DNA of 64,000 nt, taken from positions 653,616,361-653,680,360 of the forward strand of contig NC_133618.1 in NCBI RefSeq assembly GCF_048593235.1, given 5' to 3'. Position 1 is the first letter of the stretch; each line of letters opens with the position of its first letter. Made by a program: the position numbers and the translations under genes. This document shows, piece after piece, positions 26,171 to 37,620 of this stretch. The notes below the pieces were generated by a model, which did no database searches, was not told the DNA's origin, and saw nothing but the letters and a program-made list of their open reading frames with translations. The DNA is from Sminthopsis crassicaudata. Taxonomy: Eukaryota.

Positions 26171-27034
26171 GGGGCGGAGCCAAGATGGCGGAGAGGAAAC
26201 ACACGACTCCGTGAACGTCCTCACTCCCTCACAACCAATTAGATAAATTAAGTCTCAAAATTAGCTCAGGATTGATAGATACCACAAGGACTGGAAGCAC
26301 GACTTACCAGCTGAAGAGAATCTGGAGTTTCAACAGGAAAGGTCAGTTCTCAGGGGAGGAATAAGAAAGACCAGCACAGACGGTGGGGTAGGGGCACACT
26401 GCGCCCATTGCGCTGGGAGGGGCTCTGGGATCAGAGAAGCCACTGAGGTAAAGGAATCTGGCACAGGCTGTTAGCTCTTCTCTGCTAATTATTTAGCAGT
26501 TCAGAAGAGAAAGCCAAAATATTTTAAAACTCAGATTAGATTTTCCCCGGACCCTGGGGGTGACTCAGGCACCAGGGGGTGTGGCCTCAGCTACCTCCTG
26601 AGAATAGTTAAGAGACTGACAAGTGGGTGGATACGGCCCAAGGCAACACACACTGCCTAACTTAGCTGGAGGGAGTGGAACTCAGCTCCAGGAAGTCCCA
26701 GAGAAGCGGAACCTTTGAACTAGGGACCGCGGTTTCTGGCAGACACTTCCAGTTTGAGCGCAGGGGCTTCTTACGTCACCTGCTGCAGACACCCACTCCC
26801 CACCCGGACACATAGCCTGAGCTTCCTGCAGTCTTCACTATTCTACGCCCTCAAAGCACAGCAGTGCTAATCACCTCTGAGGCACTCCCAGGGAGAGGGT
26901 GGGGAACTCTCTCCCAGAGCTCTCTCTTAGCTCAGGCTCAGGAGCCGCTGCATCCATCCCATCTGGGAGGAAGCTGGTAAAGAAGTAAATAATTTCCTAC
27001 CCCAGAGACAGACCCCAAAAGATTTTTTTTAAGT
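26171..27034 (+). promoter_or_regulatory. L1 5'UTR internal promoter
   Basis: Starts GGGGCGGAGC (Sp1-like) then CAAGATGGCGG 26181-26191 (YY1 site typical of L1 5' ends); CpG-rich. Confidence 0.85.
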
Positions 27035-28197
27035 ATGAGCAAAAAAGCTAGAAAAACCATAGATTCCTTCTATACAGAGAAAGAGCGGGTATCCAACCCC
27101 GAGGAAGTTAACAGCAAAGATTCAGAAGATAACAACCTAAAGGGGAACGATTCCTGCCCCCCATCACATAACTCTCTCCTAGAAGAAGCTCTTAAGAAAT
27201 TGAGGGAGATCGAAGAAAAATGGGGCAAGGAAAGGGAAGTTATGATAGAGAATAATAATGTCCTGAAATTGGAGTTGGAAAAAATAAAGAATTCACAGGA
27301 GATGCAGGGAAACAAAATTAGTGAATTAGAAAAGGTTAAAAAAACACAGGAAAGTAGGATATCTGAATTGGAAAAGATAAAAAAGTCTCAAGAAAATAGA
27401 ATTTCTGAATTGGAAAAAGAAAATAATTCTCAAAAAAAAAAATTAGGGAAATGGAAAAAAACTCAATAGAGCAAAATAATTCATTTAAAAACGAAATTGG
27501 GCATTTACAAAAAGAACTAAAAACTGTGAAAGAAGAAAATAACTCCTTAAAAGTCAGGATGGAACAAATAGAAATGAATGATTCACAGAGAACCCAAGAA
27601 TCAGTCAAACAAAACAAAAAAAATGAGAAGCTGGAGAACAACGTCAAATACTTACTGGGAAAATCTATAGACCTGGAAAATAGATCTAGGAGAGATAATC
27701 TGCGGATTATTGGACTTCCAGAAAACTATGACCAAAAAAAGAGCCTAGATTCTATTTTACAGGAAATTATCAAAGAGAACTGTCCAGAGATAATAGAAAC
27801 AGAAGGGAAAGTAGATGTGGAAAGAATTCATCGAACTCCTTCTGAAATAGACCCTAAAAAAAGAACACCACGAAATATTGTGGCTAAGCTGCAGAATTAC
27901 CACACAAAGGAGAAAATCCTGCAAGCAGCTAGAAAAAAACAATTTAAATACCAAGGTGCCACAATAAGGGTCACCCAAGATCTGGCTGCCTCCACATTAA
28001 AAGATAGAAGGGCCTGGAACCTGATATTCCGAAAGGCAAAAGATCAAGGACTGCAACCAAGAATGAACTACCCAGCTAAGTTTAGCATCTTTTTCCATGG
28101 AAGAAGATGGTCATTCAATGAAACAGAGGAATTCTATATGTTTCTAAGAAAAAAACCAGACTTAAACAAAAAATTTGATCTACATCCACAAGACTGA
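27035..28197 (+). CDS. ORF1p: L1 ORF1p (coiled coil, RRM, CTD), one frameshift in A11 at 27432-27442
   Basis: ORFs 27035-27469 and 27451-28197 join if one A is added (387 aa); motifs RRDNLRIIGLPE, ERIHR, DRRAW, YPAKFS. Confidence 0.93.
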
Positions 28198-28714
28198 AGA
28201 GAAACAGAAAAAGGTACACAGAACCCTTGAGAACTGTAACTTTGTTGTGGGTATATAAAAAATACTCAAGGATAATTTGATTTTACTGATATAAAAGAAA
28301 AAAAGGGGGGTGTGGTAAAGGGAAGGAGGTCGGTTCAGAAAAAGGGGAAGGAATGATAAAAAGAGGGAAACTACATCCCAGGAAGAGACATAGAAAATAC
28401 ACCATATCTGAGGGAACTTAGTGAGGGGGAGAATCATTGTGTGAATCTTACTCTCATCAGAAGAGGCTCAAAGAGTAAATAATTAACATATTTGTTTTTC
28501 AGAGAATTTTCTCTCACCTCATTAAAAGGGGGGAGAGGAAAAGGGGAAAGGAAAAGGAGAATAAGTGAAGGGACTTGGAGGGAGGGGGGAGGGATCCTAA
28601 AAAAAAAAAAAAAAAGAGGGAGGGTTGCGCGTCACAAGGGGGGTCTGTAAATTAAATATCGGGGAGGGGGATCAGGGGGGTCAAGGGAAAAAAGTATAAT
28701 CTGGGGATAATACG

Positions 28715-31700
28715 ATGGCAGGAAATACAGAATTAGTAATTTTAACTGTAAATGTAAATGGGATGAACGATCCCATCAAACGGAGACGGATAGCAGATTG
28801 GATCAAAAAGCAGAACCCTACAATATGTTGTCTACAGGAAACACACTTAAAGCAGGGAGATACATACAGAGTAAAGGTAAAAGGTTGGAACAGAGCTTAT
28901 TATGCTTCAGGTAAAGCCAAAAAAGCAGGGGTAGCTATCCTTATCTCAGATCAAGCAAAAGCAGAAGTAGATCTCGTTAAAAAAGATAAGGAAGGAAACT
29001 ATATCCTGCTGAAAGGTAGCATAAATAATGAAGCCATATCAATACTAAACATATATGCACCAAGTGGTATAGCATCTAACTTTCTAAAGGAAAAGTTAAG
29101 AGAACTGCAAGAAGAAATAGACAGTAAAACTATAATAGTGGGAGATCTCAACCTTGCACTCTCAGATTTAGACAAATCAAACCACAAAACAAACAAGAAA
29201 GAAATTAAAAAAGTAAATAGAACATTAGAAAAACTAGGTATGATAGACCTTTGGAGAAAACTGAATGGCAATAGGAAGGAATATACTTTCTTCTCAGCAG
29301 TTCATGGATCCTATACAAAAATTGACCATATATTAGGACATAAAGATCTCAAAATTAAATGTAGGAAGGCAGAAATAATAAATGCCTTCTTCTCAGATCA
29401 CAATGCAATAAAAGCTACATTCAGTAAAAAGTTAGGGGTAAATAGACCAAAAAGTAATTGGAAACTGAATAATCTCATCTTAAAGAATGACTGGGTGAAA
29501 GAGCAAATTATAGAAACAATTAACAATTTCACCCAAGATAATGATAATGATGAGACATCATATCAAAATCTTTGGGATGCAGCTAAAGCAGTAATAAGGG
29601 GAAATTTTATATCTTTAGAGGCTTATTTGAAGAAAATTGAGAAAGAGAAGATTAACGAATTGGGCTTACAACTTAAAAGGCTAGAAAAAGACCAAATTAT
29701 AAACCCCCAACCAAAAATTAAACTCGAAATACAAAAATTAAAAGGAGAAATCAATAAAATTGAAAGTAAAAAAACTATTGAATTAATAAATAAAACCAAG
29801 AGTTGGTTTTATGAAAAAGCCAATAAAATAGATAAACCTTTGGTAAATTTGATCAAAAAAAAGAAAGAGGAAAATCAAATTGATAGTCTTACAAATGAAA
29901 AGGGGGATCTTTCCACCAATGAAGAGGAAATTAGAGAAATAATAAGGAGTTACTTTGCCCAACTTTATGCCAATAAATTTGATAACTTAAGTGAAATGGA
30001 TGACTTTCTCCAAAAATATAGGCTCCCTAGATTAACAGAGGAGGAGATAAATTGCTTAAATAGTCCCATTTCAGAAAAAGAAATAGAACAAGCTATTAAT
30101 CAACTCCCCAGGAAAAAATCCCCAGGGCCAGATGGATTCACATGTGAATTCTACCAAACATTTAAAGAACAATTAGCCCCAATGTTATATAAATTATTTG
30201 AAAAAATAGGGGATGAAGGAGTCCTACCAAACTCCTTTTATGACACAGACATGGTACTGATACCTAAACCTGGTAGATCGAAAACTGAGAAAGAAAATTA
30301 TAGACCAATCTCCTTAATGAATATTGATGCTAAAATCTTAAATAAGATATTAGCAAAAAGACTTCAGAAAATCATCTCCAAGATAATACACTATGATCAA
30401 GTAGGATTTATTCCAGGAATGCAGGGCTGGTTTAATATTAGGAAAACTATTAATATAATTGACCATATTAATAATCAAATTAATAAGAACCATATGATCA
30501 TCTCAATAGATGCAGAAAAAGCATTTGACAAAATCCAACATCCATTCCTACTAAAAACTCTTGAGAGTATAGGAATAAATGGATTATTCCTTAGAATAAT
30601 CAGGAGTATATATTTAAGACCGTCAGTAAGCATAATATGCAATAGAAATAAACTGCAACCTTTCCCAGTAAGATCAGGAGTGAAACAAGGTTGCCCACTA
30701 TCACCATTACTATTCAATATAGTACTAGAAACGCTAGCCTCGGCAATAAGAGCCGAGAAAGAGATTCAAGGAATTAGAGTAGGAAATGAGGAAATCAAAC
30801 TATCACTTTTTGCAGATGACATGATGGTATACTTAGAGAACCCCAAAGACTCTGCTAAAAAGCTACTAGAAATAATTCAAAATTTCAGCAAAGTGGCAGG
30901 ATACAAAATAAATCCACATAAATCCTCGGCATTTTTATATATCACTAACAAAATGCAACAGCAAGAGATACAAAGAGAAATTCCATTCCAAACAAATGTT
31001 GAGAGTATAAAATATTTGGGAATCCATCTACCAAAGAAAAGTCAGGAATTATATGAGAAAAATTACAAAACACTTGCCACAAAAATAAAGTCAGATTTAA
31101 ATAATTGGAAAGACATTCAGTGCTCTTGGATAGGCCGAGCGAATATAATAAAGATGACAATACTCCCCAAACTAATCTATTTATTTAGTGCTATACCAAT
31201 CAGACTCCCAAGAAACTATTTTAATGACCTAGAAAAAATAACAACAAAATTCATATGGAAGAATAAAAGGTCAAGAATTGCAAGGGAACTAATGAAAAAA
31301 AAACTCAGAGGAAGGTGGTCTAAGTGTACCTGATCTAAAGCTATATTATATAGCAGCAGTCACCAAAACCATTTGGTATTGGCTACGAAATAGACCGGTA
31401 GATCAGTGGAACAGATTAGATACAAAGGACAAAAAAGGATACATCTATAGCAATCTAATCTTTGACAAACCCAAAGATTCCAACATTAGGGATAAAAATT
31501 CATTATTCGGAAAAAACTGTTGGGAAAACTGGAAATTAGTATGGCAGAAATTAGATATGGATCCACACTTAGCACCATATACCAAGATAAGATCAAAATG
31601 GGTCCATGATTTAGGCATAAAGAGGGAGATAATAAATAGATTAGAGGAACAGAGGATAATCTACCTCTCAGACTTGTGGAGGAGGAAGGAATTTATGACC

Positions 31701-32549
31701 AGAGGAGAACTAGAGATCATTATTGATCACAAAATAGAAGATTTTGATTACATCAAACTAAAAAGTTTCTGTACAAATAATACTAATGCAAACAAGATTA
31801 GAAGGGAAGTAACAAATTGGGAAAATATTTTTAAAAACAAAGGTTCTGACAAAGGTCTCATTTCCAAAATATATAGAGAACTGACCCAAATTTATAAGAA
31901 ACCGAACCATTCTCCAATTGATAAATGGTCAAAGGATATGAACAGACAATTCTCAGAGGAAGAAATTGAAACTATATCCACTCACATGAAAGAGTGTTCC
32001 AAATCACTACTGATCAGAGAAATGCAAATTAAGACCACTCTGAGATACCACTACACACCTGTCAGATTGGCTAAGATGACAGGAACAAATAATGACAAAT
32101 GTTGGAGGGGATGTGGGAAAACTGGGACACTAATACATTGCTGGTGGAGTTGTGAAAGAATCCAGCCATTCTGGAGAGCAATCTGGAATTATGCCCAAAA
32201 AGTTATCAAACTGTGCATACCCTTTGACCCAGCAGCGCTACTACTGGGATTATATCCCAAAGAAATACTAAAGAGCGGAAAGAGACATATATGTGCCAGA
32301 ATGTTTGTGGCGGCTCTTTTTGTTGTAGCTAGAAACTGGAGGATGAATGGATGTCCATCAGTTGGAGAATGGTTGGGTAAATTGTGGTATATGAAGGTTA
32401 TGGAATATTATTGCTCGGTAAGAAATGACCAACAGGAGGAATATAGAGAGGCCTGGAGAGACTTAAATCAACTGATGCTGAGTGAAATGAGCAGAACCAG
32501 AAGATCACTGTACACTTCAACAACAATGCTGTATGAGGATGTATTCTGA
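28715..32549 (+). CDS. ORF2p: L1 ORF2p (APE endonuclease, reverse transcriptase, CCHC), one frameshift in A9 at 31295-31303
   Basis: [40 protein letters not shown]; deleting one A gives an open 1277-aa frame (31305-31556 translated by hand, in frame with the 31557 ORF). Confidence 0.96.
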
Positions 32550-32905
32550 TGGAAGTGGAAATCTTCAACATAAAGAAGATCCAACTCACTTCCAGTTGAT
32601 CAATGATGGACAGAGGTAGCTGCACCCAGAGAAGAAACACTGGGAGGGGAATGAAAATTGTTAGCACTAATATCTGTCTGCCCAGGTTGCATGTACCTTC
32701 GGATTCTAATGTTTATTGTGCAACAAGAAAGTGATATTCGCACACATGTATTGTACCTAGACTATATTGTAACACATGTAAAATGTATGGTATTGCCTGT
32801 CGTCGGGGGGAGGGAATAGAGGGAGGGGGGGTAAATTGGAAAAATGAATACAAGGGATAATATTATAAAATATATATATATATATATAATAAAAAAAAAA
32901 TTATG

Positions 32906-33209
32906 AACAAACTAATTTTAGAAAGGCCTGGAAAGATTTACACAAACTGATGATAAGTGAAACAAGTAGAACCAGGAATACATTGTACATAATAACAGCA
33001 AGATTATCAACCATGAAAGATATGGTTCTTTTCAGTGGTTCAGTGATCCAAGGCAATCTCAAGAAACATTGGATAGAAAATGCCATCTGCATCCAGAAAG
33101 AGAACTATGGAGATTGAATGTAAATCAACCTATGCTCTAGTCACTTCTTTTTTCTATTTGTTTTCCTCTCATGATTTTTCCCTTTTGCTCTGATTTTTCT
33201 CTTCTAATA
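32906..33209 (+). mobile_element. Host L1, piece 2
   Basis: Continues piece 1 ('aacaaactaattttagaaaggcctggaaagatttac') into the 3'UTR. Confidence 0.8.
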
Positions 33210-33532
33210 TGTAAAGGGATAGAACTGAGCAGATGCGTAACCTAGCATATAAAGCTAATTACCAATTGGACAATTCTCTATTAGCATATGCTTGGACAAT
33301 GATCCTCCTCAACTATTCTGTGCTGGATCCATGGGTGTGGACAAAGAAGGAAAAGAGAGAGATGAGAGGGTGAAGTAGGACAGGGAGGATCATTCTTTTG
33401 GTGGTGGAGAGAAAGGAAGGAGGTGTGGAGATTGCTAGATCTAATCCCCTGACAGTGACCCCAAAAGACCAAGAATAAAGATTTTTGCTTATCCTGACTC
33501 CGGCTGACTCTAAGATATCCAGGGTCACAACA
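33210..33532 (+). mobile_element. Solo LTR (323 bp), ERV
   Basis: TG...CA ends, AATAAA 33474-33479, 6-bp TSD ctaata / ccaata (1 mismatch); interrupts the host L1 3'UTR. Confidence 0.8.
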
Positions 33533-33704
33533 CCAATATGATTCATAAAGAGATATGTATTAAAAGTTAATATGCATGCAAAAGGAAGAATTACAAATGT
33601 TTAGCATATATTGGATTACTTGTTGTCTAGGGGATGGGGGAAGAGGGAAGGGTGGAACACAAGGATTTGCAAGGGTGAATGCTGAAACTATCTTTGCATA
33701 TATT
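33533..33704 (+). mobile_element. Host L1, piece 3
   Basis: L1 3'UTR with G-rich tract; last piece at 34073-34105. Confidence 0.7.
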
Positions 33705-34059
33705 CATTTATTTATTTGTTCTCTTTTTATTTTTTTAATTAAAGCTTTTTATTTTTCAAAACATATGCATGGATAATTCTTCAACATTAACTCTCACATA
33801 CCTTGTGTTCCAATTTCCCCTCCATTTCCCCCCTCCTTCAGATGGCAAGTAGTTAATATGTTAAACATGGTAGAAATATCTGTTAAGTACAATATATGCA
33901 GACATATTTATACAATTATCCTGCTGCACAAGAAAAATGAAATCAAACCAGAAAAAAAATTAGAAAGAAAATAAAATGCATGCAAACAACAACAAAAAGA
34001 GTGAAAATGCTATGTTGTAAACCATATTCAATTCCCACAGTCCTCTCTCTGGATGTAGA
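33705..34059 (-). mobile_element. 5'-truncated L1 (3'UTR only)
   Basis: T-rich tail at left; perfect 13-bp TSD ctttgcatatatt at 33692-33704 and 34060-34072. Confidence 0.85.
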
Positions 34060-34106
34060 CTTTGCATATATTTTTAAAATGAAAAGCTATTATTAAAAAT
34101 ACATAA

Positions 34107-34580
34107 ATAGTCTTATAACTCTTCCAATATAATTCCAGATTATTCACCAAAATTGTTGGATCAATTCAGTTCTACCAATAGTGTATTAATGTCCCAATTT
34201 TTCCACATTTCCTTTAATATTTGTCATTTCCTCTTTTATCACTTTAGCCAATCTGAAAGAGATGAGATAACTCTGAGATATCACTCTCAAAGTTGTCTTA
34301 ATTTGAATTTCTCTACTCAATAATGATTTAGCATTTTTTCATATGACTATAAATGACTTTAATTTCTTCATTGAAAAACTGTCTGTTCATATCCTTTAGC
34401 CATTTATCAATTGGGGAATGACTCATATTCTTATAAATTTGATAAAGTTCTCTATATATTTGTAATATGAGATTTTTATCCAAGAAACTGTATAAATTTT
34501 CCTCCTAATTTTCTGCTTTCCATCTAATCTTGGCTACATTGGTTTTATTTGTACTAACCCTTTTTAACTTAATCTAATCA
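34107..34580 (-). mobile_element. Old L1 ORF2 fragment (outermost layer, right part)
   Basis: Reverse L1 ORF2 C-terminal DNA collinear with 25405-25980. Confidence 0.7.
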
Positions 34581-35056
34581 AGCTGCCTGAATGTCTTAAT
34601 AAAAGTCTTGGGGATTTTAAATGTCAGGGCAGAGCTGGCATCTGAAGGGTCTTTTGACACTCTTCAAATCACACTTCCTAGGCATTCATCCAGGATGCAT
34701 ATACATAAGACCAACCCTGCTGATAAGCCTTCTCTACCTTTTGTTATTTGCTGTAGACATTAGTGAATGCCTATTGAAATAGAGTTCTTGGCATAGGGCC
34801 CTAGACTACTGTGAGACTGGAGGTATGTAAAGGTCCAACTTATATCCTTAATGTAGCTCATTCACCCATCAAGTTCCAGTCCATTGAGTTATTTCCCCAT
34901 GGAGCTTATTGGCTTTAGATTCATAAATTACCACTATGTTTCCTAAGAATATACATATATATGAACAGCTCCATGTTATAACTAAGTACATGCTCATACA
35001 TTGAAAACTAAGCTTTTTATAATAAATTACTAGAGATCATTAAGGAATATATACAG

Positions 35057-35203
35057 GGGGCAGCTTGGTGGTGCAGTGGATAGAGCACCAGCTCTGAAGT
35101 CAGGAAGACCTGAGTTCAAATCTGACTTCAGACACTTAACACTTATTGGCTGTGTGACTCTGGGCAAGTCACTTAACCCCAATTGTCTGAGAAAAAAAAA
35201 AAA
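35057..35203 (+). mobile_element. WSINE1-like SINE
   Basis: A box TGGTGCAGTGG, B box GAGTTCAAATC, poly(A); 15-bp TSD aaggaatatatacag at 35042-35056 and 35204-35218. Confidence 0.92.
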
Positions 35204-36146
35204 AAGGAATATATACAGTAAAATTTGCAATTTGAACCAGGATATGAGCTTTTGTTTGATCTAACAGGGGTGTGGGAGAAAGAGGAAAGGTGGTAAAGAT
35301 CTGTTATGCAAATTAACAATGTAAACAAAATTCAGTGATATTTGCTCTACTAAATGGGGGATATCTATTTTTAAGTAGTCAAGACAGAAGGTTTATATGT
35401 AATTGACATCCTACTTACAAATCTTGCTTAATTTGTTTATTAAAACAGGTCCTTATAGGTTGTCTACTATTAAAAAAAAAAAAACTAGATTAGACCTCTT
35501 TCAAGTAAAGTATGCGAAAGTAACATGCTATATTAATTTTAAATAACACATAATTTAGACTTTTTACTCCATAAGAACTAGCTTTTACGACAAGTATAGG
35601 AATAGCTAGAGCTAATGGCATTAATTGGTTCCATAAAATTATGATATTAGAAGGAAAAAGTATTACATTCCTCATAATGTGGATATAAATGGGTGACTGG
35701 CAAAATATTTTATAGCAATTTTTTTTTTTTAGCTAACCATCTAGGCAGTCAGATGACATGGTTAGAATGTATTAATGAATAGATGGTTCAAATAAAAAAT
35801 TGCAAAATTGCAAAATAATTTCAATCAAGGTCATCTTATGCTGAGTAGACTTGTAATCCAAAATAAGGAAGAGTAAAGAAGTAGTAAGGTTGGGCAGAAA
35901 TAGTAATAAATCTATATATGGTCACAGGGTCTTGATTTAAACCTTGTCCTCTGATATTTTCTAGCTCTGTGATCCTGGGCAAGTTACTGGACCCGTTTTC
36001 TTATTTGTTAAATGTACCAAGGTCTATAGTTCTTTAAGTGAGACTTTTCTGCTATTCAGAAAATCATTGATCCTTAGTTGAAACTCTAAACTTTTAGTAA
36101 ATTGCATTGATTGAGTCACTTTGTGGTGTTCAAAATGTTTGCCTCA

Positions 36147-36411
36147 CTATATTATACAATGATCAATTCTTATGGATGTGGCTCTTCTCAACAGTAAGGT
36201 GATTCAGACCAGTTCCAATGATAACGAGAGCCATGTGCACCCAGAGAGAGGACTGTGGGAACTGAGTGTGGATCACAACATAGCATTTTCACTCTTTTTG
36301 TTGTTCCCTTGCATTTTATTTTCTTTCTCACTTTTTTCCGGTTTGATTTGATTTTTCTTGTGCCGTAAGATAATTGTATAAATATGTATGCATAATAAAA
36401 AAAAGAGAGAG
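36147..36411 (+). mobile_element. 5'-truncated L1 3'UTR
   Basis: L1 3'UTR text with A-rich tail; 14-bp TSD aaatgtttgcctca at 36133-36146 and 36412-36425. Confidence 0.85.
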
Positions 36412-36921
36412 AAATGTTTGCCTCAATGTCATTTTATGATCCAGTATCTATAGCAAAAGAAATGCATTTAGCAGTCGACATATTCTGTTCTAATTATAAA
36501 GGTACTAGAGATGGACGCCCTGTTCCCTCTCTGCCCATAGGCCTTCATGACAAGCAGCCTAATATTTAAACTTAAATGAGCTACCTTTTTTTTCCCCATC
36601 AACCTACTCCCGTTTAATTTAGAACACAATGGACCTTTAGGTGTCTGGGTCTCACGCTCTCGAAGATGGTATCACAAGATCAGCTCAAAACATGCATAAC
36701 CCAGACACTCAGGAACTGCCTCAAACGTGGCCACTAATTGGATGTTGCTCCTGGAAAAGAGTGCAATGTGAATCATGGGGAAGAAGAAGATGCCCTTAGG
36801 ATTTCCTTGATACAATTACACACTATCTATATCCCCTCTTAGGGCACAGCTGGTCCAGGCAATTTATTACTTTAAAAGAGGCAATGCTTGTGATTTTATC
36901 TGAAGTCATTCCTTCTATATG

Positions 36922-36924
36922 AGT

Positions 36925-36971
<47 letters not shown>
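36922..36971. repeat. (GT)n microsatellite
   Basis: Direct reading. Confidence 0.95.
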
Positions 36972-36974
<3 letters not shown>

Positions 36975-37229
36975 ACAGTGGAGCCCCAAGCTGTCTCTCC
37001 ACAACTCTCTGAGTTAGAGCAGCCCTTTTATTGTAATCAGTTTTCATTAGGACCCTTTGATCTCCATCCATTCTTTGTACACAATACTTCATCACCTTTA
37101 TTTTTTGTCATAATTGCATGTGAAAGATTTCCCCTTTGATAGGCCCTAGATGCCAAACTCCTATGGCAAAGAGTGTTGAAAAGTGTCATGTGACCTGTCT
37201 CTTTTAGAAGGAAACCCATACACCTGTGG

Positions 37230-37620
37230 AAGACAAATAATTTTTTCAGAGATATGACATATCTATCATCTGTCCACAGGATATGAGCTGCTTAATAGCA
37301 AGGGGCTCTGAATGGCAAGAGGATGTGCTGAAAGAAATTTGTAGCACGCCGCATACCGTCTGGCAGCCGTCCCCCAGCTCCGGCTCATCCCTGGCCGGCT
37401 GAGAATTCACAGGCTGCTCATCACGCTGGCAGGCCAAGCAGCCGGATGAGGCCCCCTGTCTCTGTTCTCTGTCACCCTGTCATTCAGGTGAGCCTGCCTG
37501 CCGTCACCTGCTGACAGTACCACAGGCTTCTCAATTACAGACCAGGTCTCCGTTCCTGCCTCAGTCCCATCCAGCTCATGAGGGGCCCTTCATGTTCTCC
37601 TTTCAGGGCAGGTAGGAGTG
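37230..37620. promoter_or_regulatory. CpG-retaining candidate conserved element
   Basis: 10 CpGs in ~210 bp (37345-37555), several CTGTCA/TGACAG and CAGGTG/CACCTG motifs. Confidence 0.5.

Larger units (their letters stand above)
26171..32900 (+). mobile_element. Full-length young LINE-1 (~6.7 kb)
   Basis: 5'UTR, ORF1, 517-bp spacer, ORF2, G-rich 3'UTR, AATAAA 32888-32893; TSD aaaaaaaaattatg at 26157-26170 and 32892-32905. Confidence 0.97.

Noticed and set aside
27070-30717. Antisense ORFs within L1 (81-103 aa)
   Set aside because: Expected shadows of A-rich coding sequence; no ORF0-like ORF of 60 aa or more in the 5'UTR in the supplied track.
35301-35321. TGTTATGCAAATTAACAATG, SOX-OCT-like composite; other ATGCAAAT at 18396
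   Set aside because: An octamer is expected a few times by chance in 64 kb of AT-rich DNA, and the SOX half is imperfect.
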